NCBI GenBank assembly: GCA_973895155.1
Contig: OZ316896.1
Location: forward strand, 22,835,722-22,899,721
Direction of reading: 5' to 3'
DNA length: 64,000 nt
Source of the DNA: Marsupella aquatica
Lineage: Eukaryota; Plantae; Marchantiophyta
In this document: piece after piece, positions 14,201-27,193 of the stretch
Numbering within the stretch: position 1 is the stretch's first letter
How the letters are laid out: every line of letters begins with the position of its first letter
Program-made: the position numbers and the translations under genes
The notes under the pieces: generated by a model
Told to the model about the DNA's origin: nothing
Seen by the model: only the letters and a program-made list of their open reading frames with translations
Databases searched by the model: none

Positions 14201-14833
14201 TCTCGCCGACTCGGGATCCCTTTGAGCAGGAGTCTGCCTTGATTAGATTGATTGCGATCGTCCTATACAAGTTGGCTTGCGTTTCGGGCCATCCAGCTTG
14301 GCACAAAGCTATTATAACTTCAAGTTGTGACAAGTATGATAATGTGACAGCTTGTCTCTTCGCACCATATCACAGCGACTGCAAACAAAACTACAAGTGC
14401 TTGAAGACTCGCGAGGACGTACTGCGAGTGAAAACACCAACTGATGGCACTGATGATGCGACGTTCTTTCTGTTTCATCCGTGATGTGTACTGTAGTCCA
14501 CTCAATCGATCGCATTTTATTTGTCCTTGTTCGAACCTTCCTCGGTATTGAGAGATTCTCAGTCACGCGCGAGAGATTGAAGAAGTGTCACTCAACGCAA
14601 TCACAACGAATTTCATGCCGAAGTGGAAAGTTATACAAGCTCGGGAATGTGGAATCTCAACTTATCCAGCTTTCTATGAATGAATTTGGTAATTTCCTCA
14701 CGCCCATCATTACTACTCACTGTGATTCGTCGGTTTTCTCTTGGAGGCTGATGTTGCAGACAAATCTTCGGTCAATGTGATCGATGGACAGTGAGTAATT
14801 GCTTCCTCGGTTAGCTACAGTCCGGTAGCTAGC

Positions 14834-16504
14834 CTAGCGATTGCGACGAGTGAGTCGCCAGTGAACAGTAAGGTAGCAGCTGATGCGGTAGAAGAGAATA
14901 AATCCGACCATGACCAACACATCATTCCACTTCTGGTGCCCTTGCACACCTGAATTGTGCAGCACCTGACTTCCCGTAAGCAAACAGAAGCTATTGGCAT
15001 CTGCGGCACCGATCACAGCAGTCGACGAGAGCCCTCTATCGTAGCACTTGGTTTTGTGAGCTCCGAACTCGTTCAATAGAAGCGCGTCGAACGGGTACTT
15101 GAAGAGCGAGATGTAGTGCATCCAGATCCAGTATTTGGGAATTTCGTGTCTGTTAATGATGTAGCCGGAGAAGAGGAAGAAGGCCCCCATGAAAGCGGCG
15201 ACGAGAGCTTTCCCCATGATGTAATTGGGTACAAGTGCGCTGAAGAAAGCTACGAAGGAGTTGGCGAGAAGGAGAGTCAACCACAGAACGAGACAATAGA
15301 ACAGAAAGCTCCCGATCGAGGAGGTCAGGCCCGCCAGCCAGTAGGACGGAGAACCGTAAAGGATTGCAATGGAAAATAGAAAGGGGACGAAGACTACGGC
15401 GTGCGAGAGGACGTACGACGAAATGCGGTAAGCACCTCTTGAGGTCTCGCGCAGCAAGATCTGGCGCTCTTGCAGGAAAATGGGGAGCGCTTCCGTGGTA
15501 GAGTTTAATAGAAACGAGAGGGTGAAAACGAAGAATCCGAGGCGGTCCTGGACACCTTGTCGATCGTTGTCCACATTGAGAAACACTGTGCCGAGGATTA
15601 CACCTGCTGTTAGAGCCTGGATGCTTCTGGCAGTGAAGAGCTCCTTAGTGCGCAGTATGTTCTTGAAGAACCGCTCCGTGAGAACTGCCGTCTCTTGCCA
15701 TATATTGTTCGCGTAAGAAAGCTTGTCTGGATAATCATCACCTCCTCCACCCTGCTCGAACCTGCCACCTTTAGGTTCATCATCCTCCCGATCATCCTTC
15801 GAAGTAGCTTAACCGTTCTCCAAATCAACCAATCTAGGATCGCTGCTGTGGAATTCCTTACCGAGCTCGAATTCGGACATGTGCAGCTGAGTAAGCCCTT
15901 TGGCTATGGTGGCATAGGCGCCCATGTATTCTTCGGTCTCCCAGGAATTGACCGCATCGATTGCGTACTCCATAACATTCGTCTGCGCGGGGACTTCATG
16001 TCCGGCAGTAGCGAGCCGTGTCGCCAGGAGATCCAGGCTACCGTGGTGGACCACCATCCCTCCCGCAACCAGGAGAATCGAGTGCATGAGCTGCAGAATT
16101 CTAAAGCTCGGCTGATGGATGCTAAGAATTACCGTCCGTCTTCGACACACAGCCATAGACCGTAGCATGGCGACGACGTTCAGGGCAGCTCCGCTATCCA
16201 AACCCGATGTCGGCTCGTCCAGGAGCAGCACCGCTGGGTCGTGAATTACATCCACGCCGATTGAAACCCGCCGTCTCTCACCTCCGGACACGCCTATGAT
16301 CATTTCGTTCCCGATGCGCGTGTCTGCCGCGTGCTGCAATCCCAGCTCGACCAGAAGGTCCTGCACTCTCGAAAGCTTCTCGGCCATTGACATAGATGAA
16401 GGGAGTCTCAACCTCGCGCTGAAGAGTAATGTCTCAATAACAGTCAGAGTTGGGAACAAAGCATCATCTTGCATCACATAACCTGAGATTCGTCGGAAAG
16501 TGGA
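14834..16504 (-). pseudogene. 5'-truncated duplicate of the ABCG half-transporter
   Basis: Near-identical to 57763-59457; lacks the N-terminus and Walker A; nonsense TTA>TAA at 15809-15811; in-frame deletion of about 21 bp near 15005. Confidence 0.92.
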
Positions 16505-16543
16505 AACCCTAAACCCACTCCACCGTAAACCCTAAACCCTAAA
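16505..16543 (-). repeat. Interstitial telomeric (TTTAGGG) filler at a rearrangement junction
   Basis: aaccctaaa-cccactccaccgtaa-accctaaaccctaaa lies between the ABCG fragment and the P450 fragment; the 15-bp middle is a copy of adjacent P450 sequence. Confidence 0.85.
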
Positions 16544-18123
16544 CCCACTCCACCGTAACGCTTGAAGTATCAGTCCCACCAAGCAGCACACTCTGTGCAC
16601 AAGCGATATTAGATCTCAATCCATAATTGAGGATTGAAATGACCAACTCGAATATCGTCTAAAGCAACGTGCAAGAATCTGGGGAAGAATTCTCCAACGT
16701 ACCAATGTCTAAACTGCAGAGCAGAATGACAATAAAACGCAAGACCTCAATTGGTTACAGTCTACGTGCATTCACAACTCTTACCTGTAAGACTCCTTTG
16801 ATTTGCGTATCCGTGAAAGGTTTTTCGCCATTTCCGGTGGAACTTGTTAGCAGCAATTGGTGGAAGTCCATGACAGGCTTATGGTTATCCTGCTGAGAAG
16901 ACTGAAGTGTCTGCCGACGGTTTTCGATGATTTCCTGGAAAAACTTGTCAATTGTATTTGCCACGACTCGCATACGTTTTTTATAACCTTGCAAATCGAA
17001 GGGCTTAAGGAGTGGGATGTAATCTCCGATGACGAACGCGCCGCTTAATGCGAAGAGCTCCTCTACACTTTCCAGTACCATTTTAGGCTCGTTCGGACCA
17101 GCAGCAGAGTTGGGCCCGAAGAAGGTCTTATTCATCATCATCCGAGTGATGTTGTTCATTAAGAGAAGCTTTAGCTTATGGCCCAAAAACACTGCTTTCC
17201 CGCTTTTACATTCTTCGATTATAGAGTGCAGCCCACTCAGAACCTCCGCTCTCCTTAGGCTCTGGCAAAACAGTCAGAGAAATGCAGTTTAGTACATACT
17301 GTCGCGTAAGTATTTTTCTTCTGCGAACATCGAACAAAGTCTACACTAAGTCAATGCACTTGTTGCCTATTTTTGTAAAAGATTAACCTACAGTGAATGA
17401 AATCGGATGACTGAAAGTGATCGTCGCTGTCACTGACTGGAGAACAATACTGCGTGCAACCTTGAGTTCATCTGTTTCTTGGACCATAAATGATTCGAGT
17501 ACTACGCACATAGCATCGTCAATTAGCATGTGTATGCGAAGCATTGAATCAAGATGAAACTCAAATATCTCAAGGGGAAATTGAAGCGACTTGTTAGTGA
17601 CGCTTGGACTTGGTTTCATTGCTAAGCCGCAATTCCAACCTGGAACTCTTGGACTCTTTTGTTGGTCAGCAGCTCAAGAGTTAACATCTTTTTGATATCG
17701 CGCCAGTATGGTCCATAAGGTGCCGAGACCACGGTCTGGTGGTTGTATTCCATGATCGTGAACTGCGACATCGGTGGTCGGGAGGCAAATGCGATGTCGT
17801 GCTTCTTGAGTACCTCTTCCGCAATTCTTGGAGAAGAGATGACGAAAGTTTCCTTTGATCCCAAAAGCAAGCGGAAGATTGGTCCATACTGTGTCGCAAG
17901 CTTTTGAAAGTCCTGGTGGGGACGCGGTCCGAGGAGCGCCAGATTCCCAATCATTGGCCACGGCCGGGGACCAGGAGGCCTTCGACCACTATCCTTTTTG
18001 CTTGGTTGGTCCCCAGTACAAGACCACCAGCAAGACTGAAATTGTCACGGCAAAAAGCTGCTGCGAAGGATCGGCCGGCCACGAAATCGAGAAGAGACTC
18101 GACAATGGTTTTAGTTGATCCAT
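16544..18123 (-). pseudogene. P450 (CYP71-clan) 5' half, truncated after the I-helix
   Basis: ATG at 18123, TM anchor, frameshift, RPPGPRPWPMIGNL, FASRP, PYGPYWR; GT-AG introns 17262-17639 and 16593-16784; exon 3 reads SVLLGGTDTSSVTVEW then enters the telomere repeat and stops. Confidence 0.9.
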
Positions 18124-21008
18124 CCTGTGTTCTAGCTAGTTCGAACTGCTCCACGTGATGCACGCTATGAATCTGCACACACGCTGATATATACCGAGGC
18201 AAGGAGAGACAGTAAAGATTACTGAGCAGCTACAAACCCTGGTAAAGGCCCATACACTATCACACTAACAGAGAAAATGATGCGCATCCCCGCACACACT
18301 TTACTTCACTGGAAGGAAAAATATGGACACTGAGTGAAGTGAGTGAAGTGAGAAGACACTGAGTGAAGTGTTCCCGCACACTTTAAGTACTTCACTGGAA
18401 AGAAAACTATAGAGTGACATAGTGAAGTGAGAAATACCAGTCACGAGACATTTGCTGTATTGTCAATACGAGAGTGACCAAAAGCTTGAGATCATCTTGG
18501 AGGACATCAGTGGTAGCTAAATAATCAAAAAGGAATCTGAGCACACTCGGTTCAGTCTAACCGATCACCCAGTGTAGACAGCACAGAGCCCGCTGATCAG
18601 AAAACCACAGCAGCAGATCGACAGCAAGTGCCAGACGATGTTTGCTCGGTGCCAAGTTAAGATATCTTCAATCTGAGCACCTTCATAAGTCGTTGTGAAA
18701 GCTCAGGAGAGTGAGATATTGTGCCGATCCCCAAGACGACCCCCAACTACTAATCATATCAAAGAAGCTTTTTCCTCTAAGGAAGGATCCTCTCTCCACA
18801 TCGCCCTGCAAAGACACAGTAAAGCCTGGGGAAAAGGGACAAAAGTCTGAAGATCGAATTAAGAGGCCAACAACCCTTTAATTGAGAGTCACCAACGACA
18901 ATAACTAAAACCCCCCAATAAGTTCTTCGAAAGCTTACATCACTGCAGCAGTGCAGCTCTACTCACACTTTTTGGAATCTAAGTCCTGCAAAGAATCAAT
19001 GCTGAACAGTTTTTCAATATCAAAAGTAAGTCCCAAGTAGACTCTCATCCGGAGAGCGATTTGGTCTAGAGACTCTACAACCTATAACCTCGGCCCTGGC
19101 TACCAAAAATAGTGAAAACCTGTCATCCCTTGAAAACCTGTCATCCCTTGAAAACCTGGCATGAGCCCTCTTAGGAGTACTTTACAAGACTTGGGGGCAC
19201 TTGGAAGTTTTTTTCACCAAAGCAAACTGGACGGCCATTGGGGCTAAAAGCATTTTTTTTTAATCCTTTTATTGCCCCCAATGTTATGAAAAGCCAAGTG
19301 CAGCCAATGGTGCCAGATTAATTTACTAAAAAACAGAGTAAGCACCCACTCCACCTGAATGTCACATAATCTTTGCCTCATGTCTTTCTAGATGTGAGAA
19401 AAGAAGATCTTATGAAGGACTGGTGGGTTCATTTTTAATGCAAATGACTTAAAATAAAAATGGACCAAGAGGCCAGAAGAAGAGACCTCCAAAAGAGGTG
19501 GTCTAAAATCTAGGACAAAAGAATGCTCCACATGAGCAAAAATTGGGCCCCATTACATTCCATGTAGGATTGGTAACAGGTTAGGTTGAAAGTGACCCCA
19601 AGGTTTTGTAATTAAAGTGAACAGTAGCAGTTTCTCCCAAATGGATGGCTGTGATCAGATCTTGGAGACAAAAGTGGAAATTAACTGCCCCCAAGGTCTT
19701 GTAAATCCACCCTTAAGAAAGAGTAACACACACCCTCTATCCATAAGGCCTAAGGACAGACATAGGGGATTGCATGGTATTCACAAAACTCCAGTATTTC
19801 CTAAATATTTTTGACCAAGTCTTTTGCTAAGTAAACCATACTTTAGTCAAGACTCCCCCCTACATGTTGTAAGAAATCTCTAATAAGAAAAGGAACATAA
19901 ATGATGGAGAACATCAACCACGCGCAACTCTATCATAATTATGACTCTTAACCAAAGTACTACTTAGGCTTTGCCTGCACACTTAGACTCTGTTACAAAG
20001 CAAACATGACTCAGTTAGAAATAAATAGGTGTTGCCATAACATAAACCACAACTCCACAAACTAAGGAGAAGTCAATGACACAAAGTCAATCAGGCTGGA
20101 GTGGGCGACAAAAAGTGAAGGGTGCCAAAACATAAACCTGAAGTCGATGGCACAAAGTTGACTGGGTAGCCAGGAGTGGGTGACAAAATGGTAGCTTGTA
20201 TAGACTTATGTTTTGGAAAACTCGGGCCGGAGCAGGTAGCAACATTGGGGACTGGGATAGGCCCAAGAGAATGAGCGAGCATTAACTTGATGTAGACTGA
20301 ACGTGTGTGGTGGTACAGGGCCCAGGGAAAATGAGGTCAGTCTGTAGTACTAACACGCAGTGGTATGCTTTACTTTGGCAGCTCTAAAGGTTACCTGTGG
20401 AGCAGGCACTTTAAACTTTTGTCAGTTGGGTTTGGTGATGGCCACCCTTCAAAATACACTGTCTTGCATGTGCACTCAAGAAACTCGATCAGGAAATTGT
20501 GGTCGGAAAAGCTAGCAGCAAAAAATGAAAGACAATGTCAAATGCAAAGTTTGCATCTCTGATTCTATCAGATTTTTTGCTACGAAGGTTGCACAAAGAA
20601 AATAGGAAAGGTAGTCAAGATCCATGACTATGTGGACTGAAGAGAAGGCAAGCCTATTTGTAAAGAGCTCGGACAGAGTGGTCTAGATAGTAATTTGTGG
20701 AGAGCTCTGCGCAGTCCAATTTCTGTTGTGAAGATGCAAAAGTTGAACACAAGTCATTATAAAAGAACTCCTTGTGACTCACGAGTCCTTTTGAGCTGTC
20801 TTTCTTCCTTTCTTCCAAAAGCTCCATATATCTAGCTCCATCATTCTAGGGCTTCACTATTTTAACTTATTGAAAAATATTTAAAAATCAGTTATACTAT
20901 CATTTCTAAATTTATTAAAATTAAAATTTTGCATACGATAATGTAAATATAAAGTAACTATAAAACTTGTAATGATGAAGAGCATGGGAATTGAATAGTA
21001 TCAAAAAA

Positions 21009-22327
21009 ATGTCAAAAAGAGGGAAACAACAGCGTGATGCACTTGAGGGGAGCTCATCCACAGCAGCAATCACGGACGAAAACGGCAGCAGGGGACTTCT
21101 TCCTGGCATTCCGCACGATCTCACGGTACGGATGATTAGTCCAAACTCTCATGGCGCTCAGTTGAGGCTCTCTCATCAGTGAGCCGTGCCTGGCAACGAG
21201 CAGTTCGAAGTCATGAAATTCATGACGAAAGAGCTCGCTCCCACTCGACGGAAACGTTCGTTGTCCTAAACCATACTCTATCTGTTTCTGAGAAGAAGTT
21301 TGGGATCGCTCTCTATAGCCTGCGAACAGGCGCTTGTCGTCAGCTTCCTCCCATCCCACACGTCAAGAATGGAATCCCAGATTTCTGCGAATGCACAACC
21401 TTGGATGGGAAAATATATATTTTGGGAGGATTGAAGAACAATTCTACGAACTCCACTCTTCTGTGCCAAGCGGACGTATATATGTTTGATGTGGCTGGTC
21501 ATGCGCAGACTTGGAAAAACTGCTCTAGTATGCACACAGCTAGGTGTAGATTTGGGTGTGGCATTATAGACGGGAAGATTTATGTATGCGGTGGTTCTAA
21601 GTCGTCCAGTGTGGCAACTGTTTCGGACACAGAGGTGTATGACCCCAAAGTAGATGCTTGGACTGAGCTTATGCCAATGATAGGTGGGCGCAGAGGTCAT
21701 ACAGTTGCAGTTGTTCATAATGAGCTTCTGGTGTATGGCGGAGAGTTCCTCCTTGGAGGGTACTGGATCTTCAACCTGATACACCGTCAGAATTGGTATA
21801 CCCGTGCATACTCTGCAGATTATTTTGAGATTTATAACCCCACCACGGGTGAGTGGAGACGACTGCCCAACGATCCGAGAATGGATCTTGGTGTGCTCCA
21901 CCCGGTACCCAACATTCCGGGAATGGATCTTGATGACTGGCTTGGTAAAACAATGTTCTCTGTAGAGGGGAAACTACATGCCATCACAGGGTCTGCTGTT
22001 TTTCAACTTGACCTTGAACAAGATGTCAGGACGCGTGTGCATTTCATCGAACAGCGAAAGAGAAATTATTGGACCCCATACACTCCAAAAAAGGGGCCAC
22101 TTGCAGTTTTAGCGATGGATGACCAGCTTTTAGCATTCGATTTTTGGTACGAGTATCAGTATATTGGAAGGCGCGTTGAAAGAGGCCGAGATGGAGACCG
22201 GGTCTTTGCTCTTCTTCGAGGCACAGGGTTCGGTGTCAAGTACCAAGATATTGTGTGGGAGAGAGTTCTATATTCTCTTTCCTTTAGTCGTTTGAAGTCT
22301 CCGTTCTTGCGTATTCTTCGACTCTGA
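21009..22327 (+). pseudogene. F-box/kelch copy 2 with replaced 5' end and a 1-bp deletion
   Basis: Protein identical to copy 1 from SRAW onward; upstream replaced by the repeat also seen at 1-207, which supplies an in-frame ATG (MSKRGKQQ); ccaaactctc versus ccaaaactctc at about 21143 shifts the frame inside the F-box. Confidence 0.85.
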
Positions 22328-23171
22328 GCAGCTGCTGCACAATTAAGTTGGGCCAAATCATTCAAGGGCATAGGCCGGTTCTTTCTTCGGAACTTATCCG
22401 CCTCCTTTGTCGATCTGTAGTTGATAGAACAGGAGATCGATTTCCTGGCTGATAAGATTTACGTAGACCAGCATTTGGTTTGTTTCTTTGTTGAGATCCA
22501 TTTCAAATCGTTCTCAATCAAGGATTCAGTCGTCAGTATATACTTTCTCCCATTCCATCCGACCTTGTTTGATACTTCGCATGGAGAACAGATTTTTGAG
22601 CTGGTACAATTGATGCTGAATCATTGATTTCGTTAATTAAATGCTTTCATTGTTGATCATACCTCTGCTGCAATCTCAGTTGACTTCTCAAGAGTTCAAG
22701 TGACAGCTCATAGCCGTAGAGCTTTTCATCGTAGGTTCACAGATCTTTAAATTACATATGGAGGGATGAGGAGGAGGAACTTAATTGGGACCAGTCGAGC
22801 ACGCCCGCTAGCACGAAGACAACCAAAATTTAATAAAGCTAAACTTTCAGTCAATCTAGATGTCGCAGCCATAAGCGAGGGACTTTCGATTGCGATCGGG
22901 GAAGTTGTTTTTGATGTCGACCTGGTTAAGCCTTCTGGGCACCCGAGGAGGCCATCCCCGAGGTGGGGGCTCCCCACAGTTTGCAGGCAATTCAACCCCT
23001 TCCAGCTTTCCTGTATTCCGGGCTGTATTCGACACAAGCCCCACAGGCAGCAGCGCTGGTCTGTGACCGCCGGCAGCACTCCCTTTGAGAGCCAAAGGAC
23101 ACACGAGAGTCGAGCCCGGCATCGGCAAATCCGTTCGGCCCCGCCCCTTGCCAGTCACATCGGTGGGCTGC

Positions 23172-23424
23172 GCTGAGCGGAGCTAGCTGGGAGAAATGTT
23201 GAGAACTGAGCGCGTGCTTGTTAATTAGGAATCCCCATCTCTTTCTTTGCTATGGCTGATAGAGGGATTTCTTCCGTGCTTCATGATGGGGAGGGCGAGA
23301 GCGCTGAGCGGATCTGGGAGAATGTTGAGAACTGAGCGCGTGCTTGTTAGGAATCCCCATCTCTTGCTTTGCTGTGGCTGATAGAGGGATTTTCTTCCGT
23401 GCTTCATGATGGGGAGGGCGAGAG
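23172..23424. repeat. About 125-bp tandem duplication
   Basis: gctgagcgga...gagaactgagcgcgtgcttgtta...ttcatgatgggagggcgagagc occurs twice. Confidence 0.75.
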
Positions 23425-26400
23425 CTGTCTGCAGAATGCGTCGAAGCTGATTTTCGTTCAGATTTGGTTACTTGCGGTAGAAGGGTTGCTTTTGCAGTGA
23501 GCGGAGCTGCGCTCACGTGAAACGTGGTAGAAATAGGTGTGGATAACTAAGCATGCAATTGCTTAGGAAAGCGCTATGGTTCGAGTGCCTAACGCATCGA
23601 CGGATGATTTCTACTGGTAAGGTTCGATCGTCTGCAAGATTTGTGGAGAGACGGCTTGGGCTCTTTTAGAGTAGACAACCGATCTTTCCCTCTTCAGAAT
23701 CTGAGGTCTAGAGTAGTGGCTAGGTGCTCTAACAAAGCCCGGATCTGTGCTCGATTTTGGCTAAGAATGGCTTTGGCGCTGTTTGTCGTTCTTTTTTGCA
23801 CTGAGAGGATCGGGAGGGGTTGAGCAAGATGATGAGCGCATTGAAGTGGGTTTCCTTTAGAATTGGCCCTTTGGAGATACTGATCATTCGTTGCGATGGG
23901 GCCTTGGTGTGGAGCTGACTTCTGTGTATTCAATCCTTTTGTACGTTTGAGGATTCACTGGGTGATCCAAAGCAAGTTGGAAGAAATGTCTGTAAGAAAT
24001 CTGAGTTCGCGAGGATGAGAGCTGTAGCTGATTGAGACAGACCAGAATTAATTGGCCTGTTGTACCGGATGCTCTTGATTTATTCTCTTTTGGATGGAAG
24101 ATGTCAAGGGCTTCCTGACCCCCGTACTAGCTTCATCTCTTCGTACTCTAGGAACGCTTCTTCACTGGTGATGTGGGATTCACTTGGTGGAAAGCTCGGG
24201 ATACTTAAGCTTGGAAAGGGAATGGAGTGAAGGCTTTGGCCTGCGGAGCGGTCTCGGCTTTGTTAAGGAAGGAGGTCGGGGACCGGTGGAGTGCTGCGCT
24301 GGGCTGAGCTGAGGACGGAGCTGTGAGGGCTTGAAACATGAGAAAGGCTTTTGGACTTGTTCTGCTGATTAATTAGCAGTGGGATTCTCGTGTTACTTCA
24401 GGGGCAAAGTTGCGCTTGGATGGACTTCAACTATAGTTCAGCTCCGATTGTTGAAATGATCTGGTCGAATGGTGCTTAGAGGTCTTTTGGTTTAATTGGA
24501 GACTCGACTGATTTGAAGTATGGGAGGTCTCTCTTTTAACTTGGCTTTTGTAGTTATACTTTTGAAAGCAACGGGCTCTGCGCAGGATACTCAATTGTGA
24601 CAATGGTGTTTGAATTAACGGAGGCAGCTTAGACCCGTGGAGCCCTGGCTATGATGGCTGAATCTGGTTTTTCATGGGTCCTTATCGCTGTGGCGGGACT
24701 TATTCTGAGTGCGGCAGTAACTTTGTGGGAGCAGATCGTTTGTCCCTCCTTGAGACGGGATGGCTTTGAATTAGACGGAAGCACTTATACGAGCATCCTG
24801 ATCGTATCTGCGAACGCAAGGGCGTTGGATTACATCTCGGTGGCTCGCAACTTTTTTGTTAGCAGTTTTACAGTGCGAGGCTGGGCTTCCATGGCTTTCG
24901 ATCTAATAGCAGAGGCAGCTTGCGGAAGGGTCAGAAGCGCTTTCACCTGGAATTAGAGAGGGATGGACGGCTATGGTTTGCAAGGCAATCTCTGCTCTAT
25001 GTTTAGCAGCTGTAGTTGAATACAATTCGACTATGGAAGAGATTGGAAGAGTGCGGCAGTGATGGAGGAGCTTGGGAGCTTGCAAAGGGGGATGAATATT
25101 ACGACAGTCTACTAGGCGATGGCTTATTGAAGTTTAAGGATTTAAGGAGTTACAGGATTGAGGATTTAAGGAGCTTGCAAAGGGGGATGTAATTACAACA
25201 GACTGCTAGGCGATACTGCTTGGCTGTGTTGCATTGGACTTGGTGCGACTAAATGTTGTCGATGGACTTTTGGGGATTCGGAAGAACATATTTTGAGTCT
25301 GCTGTTTAACACTATGGATTACTTGGGCTACTCCCGGTTGGAGAGCTGCTTTGTTTTGAGCAGAGGGCGAAGCTACAAGCACTTGGATTCTGGGAGAAAC
25401 GGTCGTGGATTTGATGGACGGCCGTATATGCGGTGTTGCTGATATTGGTGATGGATTGGGGATTCTGGGAGCGGACCCTAATGGCTTTGATAGGATACAC
25501 GTTACTTTGAGGTACAGAATGGTTGTAGGGGGGCCTGCGCTGGACAGAGCGGATGAGGGGGCGATGGTGCTGTGGTGTGAGGGGAAAAGGGAGCGGCCTC
25601 TTTTCTCTCTTTCTTGTTTGATCTTGGCAATTTGTTCTGCTTCTCGATCGGAAAGGTTTGAACACTCTGCAGAATGTGCCAGAGCTGAAATTGGTTAAGC
25701 ATGGGCTGCTCGGGGATTTTGCTTCATCTCCTTGGTCTTGTTGTGCCGGGCTTGTGGTCTCTGGGCTAGGATTGTCCTGAGAATTGGCATCCAACGGAGG
25801 AGCAGTCCGAGCTGGGGAGAAAGAATTGGGGATAATTAGGGGCAGAATCAGTTTTGATCAAGCTTGGCGCTTGACTGGTGGCTATTATCGTTCTTTGGTG
25901 TGCTGCTTCGTGCTTCAGCAGGGAGATCGGGGGGTGCAAACATGCTCTGATCGGGGGCCTGATGAAGTTTTCTCGGGGAGGTTCTGGTGCTTCTTAAAGT
26001 GTTGGGCGGTGCTCTAGGGCCGGGCGCTAGGTTTGGCTGGTGGGTATCGAGTTGCCACCTGATTGGGCACTATTGGGTGGCATTGCCTATGATGCTTTGT
26101 GATCGATCTTACGCAGAACGAACAATCGGAAAACAAACTTTCAACACACATCAATGGATTGATTGAGAAGTAAACATGTGTATAGATTTTTATTTTCCGC
26201 CTTCTCCTTGAAGAAAAACTCGGAAGTGTTCATTGATCCTTAAGACCTAAACTACTCGCGGGGATCACCGACATTTGAAAAGACATGAAGCACCTTTACC
26301 GGACAATAGACAATAGACAATACGTCTTCAAACAATGACACGTGGTGAGTCCAACGACTTACACCGGAGGCCTTTTACATGAGTAACAAGTAAACTGAGA

Positions 26401-27193
26401 ACACTGCACGACAGATAGCAGTCTATAGACAGAGAAACCTATCATGCTTTCTGGGCTCTGCCCAAGGGCAAAAAACGCCCAACTTGGATACAGGATCCCA
26501 AAGGCAAAACAACCCAATGAAGGGGAGGAAAAGAGGGGAAAGTGCCCCAAGAAAAACAAGCCAAGGGGTCCCCAAGTCCAGTCGTGGTTGTTCTGATTGA
26601 TTGGTGCATGGAGTTAGTGGTAGATTCAGAGACTTGAGTTTGTTCTGCCGATGTGGCCTTGTCTGACCTTGGTCTGGGCTTTGGGGCTTGGGTTTCTCTG
26701 CCCGGGTGGCCGAATGTTGCCCTGCTTGAGTCCCCTGGGTGTGTTGGGGCGTTGGTGCGCTTGGGTGTTGAGTGGTTCTTTATTGTGCTCTCGAATGTTG
26801 GTTAGTTGTTGATCTGCTGCTGATCGATTAGTGTTGGGGTATGACAAATAGTTTTAAGTTGTAGATTTTGAAATTTGCTCCAACTCCTTGGGGCGGGTTT
26901 CAACCTGGGTTCAGGTGGTGCTGGTGTCCGTTTACGTTCCCCTCTGGTGGTTCCTCCGGCTGGTGACCTGTGTCTGGGCACCCAGGTCTACCAACTTCTA
27001 CAAAATTTCCCGAATTTCGGAAGTTCGGCTTATCGCAAACCGACACATCGGACGGCGGTCCTCACCATGCCTTTGGAAAAGAACAGCAAAGGTTCTGAGA
27101 GATCATAATTGAGAGGACTACGAGAGGGAGCTTTTGTGTTTCGGTCGGATGCACTAACTGCATGTGATGTTTCACGTGCTCGTAATGGAAATC

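Noticed and set aside
18294-18432. Short repeats with acttcact...agtgaagt inverted arms upstream of the P450
   Set aside because: Local low-complexity duplication; no TSD or further copies support a MITE or miRNA call.
22930-26900. Possible degenerate LINE ORF1 or other retroelement remnant, partly repeated at 11630-13180 and 55545-56140
   Set aside because: No RT, endonuclease or zinc-knuckle motif recognised and the boundaries are unclear.
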